Source: a virus. Taken from it: a stretch of DNA of 64,000 bases. Where the stretch lies: the IMG/VR virus record IMGVR_UViG_3300037501_000241; one strand, given 5' to 3'. Under the pieces are notes generated by a model, which saw only the letters and a list, made by a program, of their open reading frames with translations, was not told where the DNA came from and searched no databases. The position numbers were made by a program, and so were the translations under genes. This document shows, piece by piece, positions 9,635 through 17,189 of this stretch. Position 1 is the stretch's first letter; each line of letters opens with the position of its first letter.

Positions 9635-10015
9635 GCAAACCGCCCTCCTAACCTACTTACAACCAAATAATAGTTAAAATAAATTGTAGAAATCTTATAC
9701 GAGACTAAAAGCTTTAAAAAAAGCGTATAAGCGTATTAAGTTATCTCCTCTTAACAACACAGCGGTCATAGGAAAAGGAGAGCGGATTAAATTTGTTAAT
9801 AAACATCTTGAAGAGATAGTCATCAGACCAGATGTAGTGGCTCTTCAAGATGCAATGCCTCGTGGCTTAATGTCTCTTTGACAAAAGATAGTTGCCTGAG
9901 ATAGCTAATCTCTTCACGGTTATTGAGATTGGTCAGTTCCCTTCATCCGTAGTTCCTTAAAATCAGCATTGATGATTTTTCCAGTAGTCGGATGACAATT
10001 TATTAAACGACAATA
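9635..10015 (-). ncRNA. Candidate multi-domain structured RNA in the late-operon leader
   Basis: Stems tcatccg/cggatga, aaaatca/tgatttt, aatctc/gagatt, catcttgaagag/ctcttcaagatg (12 bp perfect), cttatacg/cgtataag, ccgctctcc/ggagggcgg. Confidence 0.45.
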
Positions 10016-10038
10016 AACACATTGTATATGTGTTTTAA

Positions 10039-10077
10039 TTATCTCCTCTTTTTTCCCCTCTTTTTACCACACGCCAT
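10039..10077 (-). CDS. Putative 12-aa basic micropeptide MACGKKRGKKRR
   Basis: ATG-TAA frame about 65 nt after the late promoter, in the tttttATG context used by other genes. Confidence 0.3.
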   Translation of the reverse strand: MACGKKRGKKRR

Positions 10078-10148
10078 AAAAATGAAATGCGGTTATGTTT
10101 TTACGCAGATTTGAAAATTTGTTTGCTTAACTTTCATTCTGCAAATAT

Positions 10149-10177
10149 ATCATAACATATTTTTAGAAATATGTCAA
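10149..10177 (-). promoter_or_regulatory. Sigma70-type promoter of the late (terminase/structural) arm
   Basis: TTGACA-17 nt-TATGAT with extended -10 TG on the minus strand. Confidence 0.75.
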
Positions 10178-10365
10178 TAAGGTATTTTTTAAGCTATTTG
10201 GGAATTATCAACAAGGAGCGATTTTGATTATATGGTTTGCTGTGTGATGTCAAGTAATTTAAAAAATGTGGTTATGGGGAATTTGACCAAACCACAAAAT
10301 ATAACTTCCAAAACCCCCCATACCCGCTTCATAATTTATTATCAACGACACACCGCATAACGCCT

Positions 10366-10430
10366 CTAATTTCTATTTTTTCTAATTTCTATTTTTTCTA
10401 ATTTCTATTTTTTCTAATTTCTATTTTTTT
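10366..10430. repeat. Four tandem copies of 16-bp ctaatttctatttttt
   Basis: Read directly; non-coding. Confidence 0.95.
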
Positions 10431-10529
10431 CACTAATTAACCGCCAAAATACCAACACCTTATTATGCAACAACATACCGCAACCACCGCCAAAACTTAT
10501 CAACACCCCGACAAATCATAACACAAAAG

Positions 10530-10538
10530 TTATCCACA
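10530..10538 (+). promoter_or_regulatory. DnaA box
   Basis: Perfect TTATCCACA about 50 bp upstream of an early promoter. Confidence 0.6.
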
Positions 10539-10588
10539 AACACAGCCAATCCAGCAAATAACCTTATAATTTAGCTTTAAATAATCTC

Positions 10589-10617
10589 TTGACAATAATT
10601 TTAAGATGTTATATAAT
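10589..10617 (+). promoter_or_regulatory. Consensus sigma70 early promoter
   Basis: TTGACA-17 nt-TATAAT. Confidence 0.9.
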
Positions 10618-10662
10618 GATAATATAAAAGGTCGTTTAATAAAAAAACTAATCTCATCTTAT

Positions 10663-10824
10663 ATGAATATAAATTCTATAAGCGGAACACGCTTGCGATA
10701 TTATCTCATTATTTCTAAAAACTATATTGAAAACTCTAAAACATCTGGGGATATTCAAACAACAATAGACAAAGACATAAAAGAAATAGAATTGGTCTTG
10801 GCGGAAATCAAAGAACAGAAATAG
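10663..10824 (+). CDS. Small early hypothetical protein (53 aa)
   Basis: Start moved to ATG 10663 because ATG 10606 lies inside the promoter. Confidence 0.6.
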   Translation: MNINSISGTRLRYYLIISKNYIENSKTSGDIQTTIDKDIKEIELVLAEIKEQK

Positions 10825-10875
10825 AGGCGAACAGACAAGGGGGGCGGAGATGTTCGTCTCACGCTCTCCTTGCCT

Positions 10876-10993
10876 TTACAGGTATAAATAACACTATAAC
10901 GCAAAATTTTGCGAAATTTGGCGCTTACAGGTATAAACTATCATCTTTAGTATAAACTAACACTATAACGCAGAATTTTGCGAAATTTGGCAC
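10876..10993 (+). repeat. Imperfect tandem duplication containing palindrome cgcaaaattttgcg
   Basis: taacactataacgca(a/g)aattttgcgaaatttggc twice (offset 69 bp); ttacaggtataaa twice. Confidence 0.85.
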
Positions 10994-11007
10994 TATTAAC
11001 ACTATAT

Positions 11008-11367
11008 ATGAATATACAAGCGCAAATCAAACAATTAAGCAGAACGAGCAAATCAAAACTTAAAAAAGATGTCTGTCGAATAATCTTAAATCATCTTGAC
11101 GGATACGACAATCCGCTTAACTTCTTTTTAGATCTTGAACGGAATGGATGTCAAAGCGGAATAATAGGCGAGCTTAGCTATTATGCCAATACTCATAAAT
11201 TTTTCCTAAAACACTGCGAGGAAATTATGGAACTTTTGAATGAGCTAAAATACCAAACAGGAGAAGAGATTAAAATCAACGGAGAAGATAGAATGAATTT
11301 TTACGCTTGGCTTGCTTTTGAAGAGACGGCAAAAAAAATTATAGAAAATGACTTGATGATGGAATAA
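11008..11367 (+). CDS. Early phage protein with GCxSG...LxYY motif
   Basis: NGCQSGIIGELSYY motif resembles a widespread uncharacterised phage family; start at ATG 11008. Confidence 0.7.
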   Translation: MNIQAQIKQLSRTSKSKLKKDVCRIILNHLDGYDNPLNFFLDLERNGCQSGIIGELSYYANTHKFFLKHCEEIMELLNELKYQTGEEIKINGEDRMNFYAWLAFEETAKKIIENDLMME

Positions 11368-11369
11368 TT

Positions 11370-11930
11370 AACATTTAGACACTAACAAAAATGTCAATAT
11401 TTTTCTTGACACTGAAAGTGAAATTATAACTGCTGTCTAATTGCTATATAAAAATGTTTAGCTTCAAAATGTCGTCAATAGCACTTTCAAATTTAGCCAT
11501 TTTAATCGTAAAATTATGCATTGCTGGTGGATGCTATATAGTTTTTTCTACAAAAATCAGCAAAAAAAAATAGCTAAAATAAGCCATTATAAAGCTAACA
11601 TAATCAAAAAAATAGCTAAAATAAGCCATTATAAAGCTAACGCATTTTTGCGACTACCCCCCTAAATACCAAAAATCATATAGCAATAGCATATTTTATA
11701 TAAAAATATAATAAAAATAAAGCTAATATAATAATTTTACAAAATTCTGTGCTATATATTTGTTTCCTAATTACTATATATAAATTGGCTAATTGCTGGA
11801 TACTACTGCTCAACATCATTTTAGCTTAAAATAGGATAAAAGATAGTTAAACATAACTCATTCTATTGAACTATAGCTATAGCTTTGTTTAGCAATTTAT
11901 TGTATGATAAAAATAAAAACTAACCAAATG
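11370..11930. promoter_or_regulatory. Putative replication origin (AT-rich, AGC/GCT-rich short repeats)
   Basis: 560-bp non-coding stretch; gctatata at 11443, 11533, 11751; roughly 37-bp tandem repeat at 11561-11641. Confidence 0.45.
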
Positions 11931-11934
11931 AAAT

Positions 11935-12270
11935 ATGTATATATTATTTAATACCGAAACCTTAAAAGCAAAAGAAGTTATAATACCAGCTAACTTAACC
12001 CCTATGGAAGCAGCTATCAAATCTGTTCTCTTGGAAAGAGAAAAAAGAGAAGTCGCAAAAATAAAAAAAATTGATAATAAAAAAAACTTACTTTTACAAA
12101 AAATTAAAGATAATCCTGAAATATCCAAAAGAGAACTTTATAGGAAAATTAATAAATTAAAAGCAAGCGATCTATCTATTTTTATAGATAATTTAATAAA
12201 AGAAAATAAAATATCTTATAAATTCATTCAAAAAGGTAATAAATCAATAGCGGTTTTTACAGCATTATAA
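11935..12270 (+). CDS. Winged-helix DNA-binding protein, paralogue of the C-terminus of 15501..16763
   Basis: LQKIKDNPEISKRELYRKINKLKASDLSIFIDNLIKENKI aligns with LSKIKNNPGITRRILYNKVSGLSSSEMNKIEDSLIDAEKI. Confidence 0.75.
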   Translation: MYILFNTETLKAKEVIIPANLTPMEAAIKSVLLEREKREVAKIKKIDNKKNLLLQKIKDNPEISKRELYRKINKLKASDLSIFIDNLIKENKISYKFIQKGNKSIAVFTAL

Positions 12271-12271
12271 C

Positions 12272-12280
12272 TTATCCACA
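12272..12280 (+). promoter_or_regulatory. DnaA box
   Basis: Perfect TTATCCACA 9 bp upstream of a -35 element. Confidence 0.6.
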
Positions 12281-12289
12281 GTTAATCTC

Positions 12290-12318
12290 TTGACAATAAT
12301 TTTAAGATGTTATACAAT
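12290..12318 (+). promoter_or_regulatory. Sigma70 early promoter (duplicate of the 10589 module)
   Basis: TTGACA-17 nt-TACAAT; 31 bp identical to 10583-10613. Confidence 0.88.
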
Positions 12319-12368
12319 TAAAGTATTCAAGGTCGCTTAATAAAAAAACTAATTTTTAAAACACTCTT

Positions 12369-12455
12369 ATGACAACAAATAAATACTTTTGTCCGTTCTG
12401 TGGAGAACCTATTGAAACGACAGATGAAATAAACGGTTCTCTATATGTTTCTTAG
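12369..12455 (+). CDS. Putative 28-aa peptide with CPFCG knuckle
   Basis: MTTNKYFCPFCGEPIETTDEINGSLYVS; first ATG after the promoter leader. Confidence 0.35.
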   Translation: MTTNKYFCPFCGEPIETTDEINGSLYVS

Positions 12456-12518
12456 GAATTATCTTTTTATGAACAGGTTTAGATAATCTCTAAAAATTAA
12501 TTAAATAAAATACTTTAT

Positions 12519-12731
12519 ATGCCTAAACAAATTAAAAAAAAGATAGAATACGAGTATTATTGCGAAAATTGTGGCAAACCCGCTTTTTACAATATATGCA
12601 CGAATTACACTTCTTATGAAATTGTCTATGATAAAAAAGGAAATTGCGATGATTATTATGAAATTGCAAATTGGGAAGGAGATGCGAGTTTCTTTTGTAA
12701 AAAGTGCGCTAAAAACGAAAAAATAATTTAA
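12519..12731 (+). CDS. Small zinc-ribbon protein
   Basis: CENCG and CKKC motifs. Confidence 0.7.
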   Translation: MPKQIKKKIEYEYYCENCGKPAFYNICTNYTSYEIVYDKKGNCDDYYEIANWEGDASFFCKKCAKNEKII

Positions 12732-12797
12732 TTAACTAATATAAAACTTAGGTATGATATTCGGAATTGTGGAAACTATAATTGAATAGCAATCTAT

Positions 12798-13496
12798 ATG
12801 ATTTTTCATAAAGATATACAGAAAATGTTAAAAAAACACACAAAGATAATCGCCTGCTCTGAAAGATACCAAAATACGCCGTATATTGCGATTTCCCGTG
12901 ATAATGAGGGCTTAATGCGGTTTATATCCTGTTGCTCTTATTTTTGCCTAAAAACGCAATTTCTTGACGAATTTGGCATATCCTCGCGCTTCTTGCCGAA
13001 CAAAACTTATTATATGAATTGTGAATCTTTTAATTGGGCTAAAAATGTTAAGAAAAATGAAGACGGCAACATAGAGATAGATGACATTTTCTTTGCCTCG
13101 CCAGAGAAAAATAAAGCGACTTATTTTATAAATGTGGCAAAGATTTTTAACGATTTTAAAGATAAAAAAGATAATAGTATTACCATATCAAACGAACTTC
13201 TGTCTAAATTTCTCAGATCTTGCGCGCATCTTGATAAAAATGTTTCCATAAAAATTAAGAATACCGATGATGATTTATATTGCTCTGCTGTTAAAGATGA
13301 AATTAAGGTTTCAACGCACATTAGAAAAAGAAATGACGGCAAGCAAAGTTATTTTAACGCCACTGTAAATCCTTATTACCTCTCTTTGTGCTTGCCGGAA
13401 GATGATAAAGAGCTTGTATCCTTTGTGTATGATAATAGACGATTGTATTTGAACGGAGCGCGTTTTGAAGCGATTGTGATGACCATTAAGCAATAA
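12798..13496 (+). CDS. Possible sliding-clamp (DnaN-like) fold protein
   Basis: C-terminal pattern FNATVNPYYLSLCL...FEAIVMTI resembles the beta-clamp C-terminal domain. Confidence 0.4.
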   Translation: MIFHKDIQKMLKKHTKIIACSERYQNTPYIAISRDNEGLMRFISCCSYFCLKTQFLDEFGISSRFLPNKTYYMNCESFNWAKNVKKNEDGNIEIDDIFFASPEKNKATYFINVAKIFNDFKDKKDNSITISNELLSKFLRSCAHLDKNVSIKIKNTDDDLYCSAVKDEIKVSTHIRKRNDGKQSYFNATVNPYYLSLCLPEDDKELVSFVYDNRRLYLNGARFEAIVMTIKQ

Positions 13497-13498
13497 CA

Positions 13499-13527
13499 TT
13501 GACAACCTAAAACAAAAATGTTATTAT
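13499..13527 (+). promoter_or_regulatory. Sigma70 promoter for the HNH gene
   Basis: TTGACA-17 nt-TATTAT. Confidence 0.7.
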
Positions 13528-13547
13528 ATTCTTATAATAACCTTGAC

Positions 13548-13617
13548 ACACAAAACTCCGTTTTATGGATATTTTCGTCAAGGTTAATATCTAAAAGGCG
13601 GAGTTTTGTGTTTTTTA
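13548..13617 (+). terminator. Terminator/attenuator-like hairpin in the HNH leader
   Basis: acacaaaactccg/cggagttttgtgt stem followed by a T run, just before ATG 13625. Confidence 0.55.
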
Positions 13618-13624
13618 TAAGAAT

Positions 13625-14194
13625 ATGCCACACGGAATAAATAAAGAAACAGGTAAAAATAATAGATTTAAAGATTTAACCGGAAAACAATTTGGGAGAT
13701 TAACAGTGATAAAATTTGATAGTGTAAAAAATAAACATTCTTGTTGGTTAAGCAAATGTAGTTGCGGAAATAAAAAAGTAATTAGTGGATATAGTTTTAA
13801 AAGTGGAAATACAAAAAGTTGTGGGTGTCTTAAAAAAGAAAATAGGGGACAACTGCACAAAAATTTTAAACACGGAATGAATCGGACAAGATTTTATGTA
13901 ATATGGAACAATTTTGTCGCAAGATGTCTAAACAAAAATTGTAAATCTTATAAAAATTATGGAGGACGAGAAATAACAGTTTGCGACGAGTGGCTTGGCG
14001 AAAATGGATTTATAAATTTTAAAAAGGATATGTATGAACTTTATCTTAAACACTGTAAAGAATTTGGAGAAAAAGAAACAACAATAGACAGAATTAACAA
14101 CGATGGAAATTATTGTAAGGAGAATTGTAGATGGGCTACATATAAAGAACAGGCGAATAATAAGAGAAAATATAAACCAAGAAAAAAATCTTAA
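13625..14194 (+). CDS. HNH homing-endonuclease-like protein
   Basis: N-terminal DLTGKQFGRLTV and SCGC motifs; C-terminal TIDRINNDGNYCKENCRWAT. Confidence 0.9.
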   Translation: MPHGINKETGKNNRFKDLTGKQFGRLTVIKFDSVKNKHSCWLSKCSCGNKKVISGYSFKSGNTKSCGCLKKENRGQLHKNFKHGMNRTRFYVIWNNFVARCLNKNCKSYKNYGGREITVCDEWLGENGFINFKKDMYELYLKHCKEFGEKETTIDRINNDGNYCKENCRWATYKEQANNKRKYKPRKKS

Positions 14195-14650
14195 ATATAT
14201 TTATATAACGCCTTTTTTTCAGGGTGGCGTGATGATACAAATTACCTAATACTGAAACTTAAAAATATAGATATTTGTATCAAACGGAATTTTGCTTCGT
14301 AGTGTTTTTTTGTGCTTGTGTTTTGAATAATTAGGAAAAATGGCTATATGGATATTCTTTTAACACAGGGGCGGCAAACGCAAAAAAGGTCAATTCATTT
14401 TGTATGCTTATATCCTGTATTTTATAGGATCTTTATTTAATGATAGTAAATACTATTCTCTTATGGCAGAGTAAAAACCAACCTTAAAAAACTGAAATAT
14501 CTTAGAGGAGACAGAATTGTTTGCTGTTTTCTCTGGTTTTTGCTTGTATAAAATACGGATTTTTAGCCATTTTTATCCATTTTATAGAAACCGGAGAATA
14601 TGTATTTTTTATTTTCTGCTCCTCTATGTATTTTGGTAATTTCTATTTAA

Positions 14651-15307
14651 ATGTTCACCAATAAATATATGAATAAGCAAGAGCAATTATTAGCTTTCAT
14701 AAAATTTTCTCTAAAAGGAAACGGAACAGGCGGTCTTTTGTATGGAAAACCTGGTTTTGGGAAGACGCACGCCCTCTTTCAAGCTCTTGCCGAATATGGT
14801 TTGGGCAAAAACTTTCTATACGCCACGAATTATTACACGCCACTTTCTTTTTTTGAACTTCTAAGAGACAACAGCGATAAAATAATTGTGTGCGATGATG
14901 CCGAGAACATCTTGGAAAATAAACTATCTTCCAACTTTCTCCGTTCCGCTTTATGGAAAAACAACGGACATCGGTTTATAACATATTCAACTTCCAAGAA
15001 AAAAACCACTTTTGAATTTAAAGGTAAAATAATTTTGATTGCCAATTATTTGCCAAAACGAATTGCCCCTATTGCCGACAGGGTGCCGACTTATGAGTAT
15101 AATTTAACTCGGGAAGAATTATTATCTATAATAGAACGCAATCTGGTGAATAAAGAATATAAAAATTTATCTTTTAAAGATAGAAAAGAAATTTTTGAAC
15201 ATATAAAAAATTATAAAAATAACGATTCGCTTAGTTTGCGGACCTTTATAAAAATGGCTGATGCTATGTCTTTTGATAGAAATAATTGGCGTTCTTTGAA
15301 TTTTTAA
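14651..15307 (+). CDS. P-loop AAA ATPase
   Basis: Walker A GKPGFGKT, Walker B IIVCDD. Confidence 0.85.
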   Translation: MFTNKYMNKQEQLLAFIKFSLKGNGTGGLLYGKPGFGKTHALFQALAEYGLGKNFLYATNYYTPLSFFELLRDNSDKIIVCDDAENILENKLSSNFLRSALWKNNGHRFITYSTSKKKTTFEFKGKIILIANYLPKRIAPIADRVPTYEYNLTREELLSIIERNLVNKEYKNLSFKDRKEIFEHIKNYKNNDSLSLRTFIKMADAMSFDRNNWRSLNF

Positions 15308-15322
15308 GATGTGGATCTGTTC

Positions 15323-15331
15323 TGTGGATAA
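15323..15331 (-). promoter_or_regulatory. DnaA box (reverse orientation)
   Basis: TGTGGATAA just after the ATPase stop and upstream of the helicase-like gene. Confidence 0.5.
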
Positions 15332-15500
15332 TTGCTTATTGTAATGTTAAAGAATATATGATATGCTTTATTCGTATGAATAAAACACAACGCTATCCTT
15401 TTATAAAAAATAAAAAGCTCATATACTCCAAAAAGGATTCAATTAGCGTTGTGTGCCTTAAAGGAGTATGTGAGCTTTTTGTATTTTATAAAAAATAATT

Positions 15501-16763
15501 ATGCCTTTCTTTTCAGAGAAAATTATTCCAGAGCAAGGCTTTATAAGAAAATATATTGATTATGTTTCTTTACTTTCAGATAGTCCGGAAGAATTTGCTA
15601 TTTTAAATTCTTTTGGTTTGTTATCAATTATTTCTCGTCAATGTGTTATATCCCGCAATGGAATTAACTTGCGTCCAAATATATGGGTTATGATTTTGGC
15701 GGCTTCAACTATTTATCATAAAACAGAGGCAATAAACATATCGCACGAATTATTATCTTTATTTGCTTATTCATCTTGGGAAGAAAAAAATAAAGATGGA
15801 GAAATAAAAAAAAGAAGCATAGTGTTTCCGCAAGAATTTACAAAAGAAAAATTCTTTGAAATTTTAGCCGAGCAGAATTATGGAATAATTTTTTCGGAGG
15901 AATTCGCGGGCTTTATGTCAATGATGCAAAAAGATTATATGGGTGGAACAAAAAATTTTTTGGCAACCCTATATGATAGTCCGCCTTTTCCTTTGACTCG
16001 TGGAACAAAAGCGGAGGGAATAATAACCATACCTCCAAATCCTTATCTTGTTATGATGACGGCTTCTTCTTTGACTTGGTTTCACGAGTCAGCGACCGGG
16101 ATAGATGCGGGTGGCGGTTTTCTTAATCGGTTTATTATATGTTCTTTTAAAGGAAGAAAAACGCGCGTCATTCCATATTGGGATAGAATAAAAGCGGGAG
16201 ATAAAAAGATTGAACTTGTTTTAATGATGAATGAAATTCATAATTTGATTGAACAAAATAAAAATGGCGGCAGCTTATGCCAATTTACTATTACAGATGA
16301 AGCTGTTTCATTTTCAAATAATAAAGAAATTGAATATGAAGAGCAGATTATGGATAAACTTCAAGAAGGAGATGATACAACTTTTATTCCGCGCATACCA
16401 ACACAAGCAATTAAATTATCCGCTCTTTACGCATTATCGGAAAAACGATTTCTTATTAAAATCAAAGATATGGAAAGAGCTTGGTGTTTTCTTGAACTGT
16501 TAAGAGAAAATACCACAAAAGAACTTCAATATCTCAGTGAGGATAAAATAAGTCAAAAGTGGGAAAGAAGAACACAGCTTATTTTATCAAAAATTAAAAA
16601 TAATCCCGGAATTACGAGGCGTATTTTATACAATAAAGTTTCAGGTTTATCTTCAAGTGAAATGAATAAAATAGAAGATTCTTTGATTGATGCCGAAAAA
16701 ATAGAAATTAGAAATGAACAAATTGATAAAAAAACAGTGCGAAGTTATTATATTAAGAATTAA
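15501..16763 (+). CDS. DUF3987-like replicative helicase/ATPase with C-terminal winged helix
   Basis: LRPNIWVMILAAST.HKT, IIFSEEFAGF and GFLNRF motifs typical of DUF3987 proteins. Confidence 0.75.
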   Translation: MPFFSEKIIPEQGFIRKYIDYVSLLSDSPEEFAILNSFGLLSIISRQCVISRNGINLRPNIWVMILAASTIYHKTEAINISHELLSLFAYSSWEEKNKDGEIKKRSIVFPQEFTKEKFFEILAEQNYGIIFSEEFAGFMSMMQKDYMGGTKNFLATLYDSPPFPLTRGTKAEGIITIPPNPYLVMMTASSLTWFHESATGIDAGGGFLNRFIICSFKGRKTRVIPYWDRIKAGDKKIELVLMMNEIHNLIEQNKNGGSLCQFTITDEAVSFSNNKEIEYEEQIMDKLQEGDDTTFIPRIPTQAIKLSALYALSEKRFLIKIKDMERAWCFLELLRENTTKELQYLSEDKISQKWERRTQLILSKIKNNPGITRRILYNKVSGLSSSEMNKIEDSLIDAEKIEIRNEQIDKKTVRSYYIKN

Positions 16764-16778
16764 AAGCGCAAATTAAAT

Positions 16779-17189
16779 ATGGAAAAATGTCTAAAACCGG
16801 AACTCTTGGAAGATATGACCGAACAATTTATTAAATGGTATTCGGAGCATCCCGACGGGAAACTTGAAATAGAAAAGTGGTATAAAAAACAAGGAACGGG
16901 TTATAAAAAATATGCTGTAAAGGGTTTCTTTAATTCTTTTGGACAATTTACTTTTTATTGTCCGATGTGCGGACAATGGCATTATCATTCCGAAGTTGAA
17001 GATGATGACGGATATGGAGAATATAAAACTAAATTCGGACATCGCGTTCCTCATTGCAATTATTGGAGAAATCAATATGAGATACAATTATTTTCTTTTA
17101 AAGAACTTTTAGAGATGAGAGATTTAATCAACATAACTCTTAATAATGTTCGGTATAAAAATTTATTGGCAGATTGCGACAACGAATAA
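16779..17189 (+). CDS. Hypothetical protein with CPMC..H.H...HRVPHC metal-binding motif
   Basis: 136-aa ORF in the replication cluster. Confidence 0.7.
   Translation: MEKCLKPELLEDMTEQFIKWYSEHPDGKLEIEKWYKKQGTGYKKYAVKGFFNSFGQFTFYCPMCGQWHYHSEVEDDDGYGEYKTKFGHRVPHCNYWRNQYEIQLFSFKELLEMRDLINITLNNVRYKNLLADCDNE

Noticed and set aside
9695-9825. Group I intron core (GAGACUA at 9701 and AAGAGAUAGUC at 9811 on the plus strand)
   Set aside because: No P/Q elements or interrupted gene; G-U pairs and the promoter favour the opposite strand.
9800-9860. Hammerhead ribozyme (CUGAUGA on the minus strand)
   Set aside because: No GAAA core or stem II/III arrangement around it.
9800-9975. TGA-recoded (code 4/25) metallopeptidase with HEALH motif
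   Set aside because: Several real genes end in TGA with ATGA overlaps (8826, 7529, 9311, 38859), so TGA is a stop; the fragment has no start or context.
10606-10662. ORF-track start at 10606
   Set aside because: The ATG lies within the -35/-10 promoter spacer; 10663 is the plausible start.
10876-10993. Possible mini-CRISPR array (34-bp palindromic repeat, about 35-bp spacer)
   Set aside because: Only two copies, the spacer itself repeats flanking sequence (ttacaggtataaa, gtataaac), and there are no cas genes; a tandem duplication explains it.
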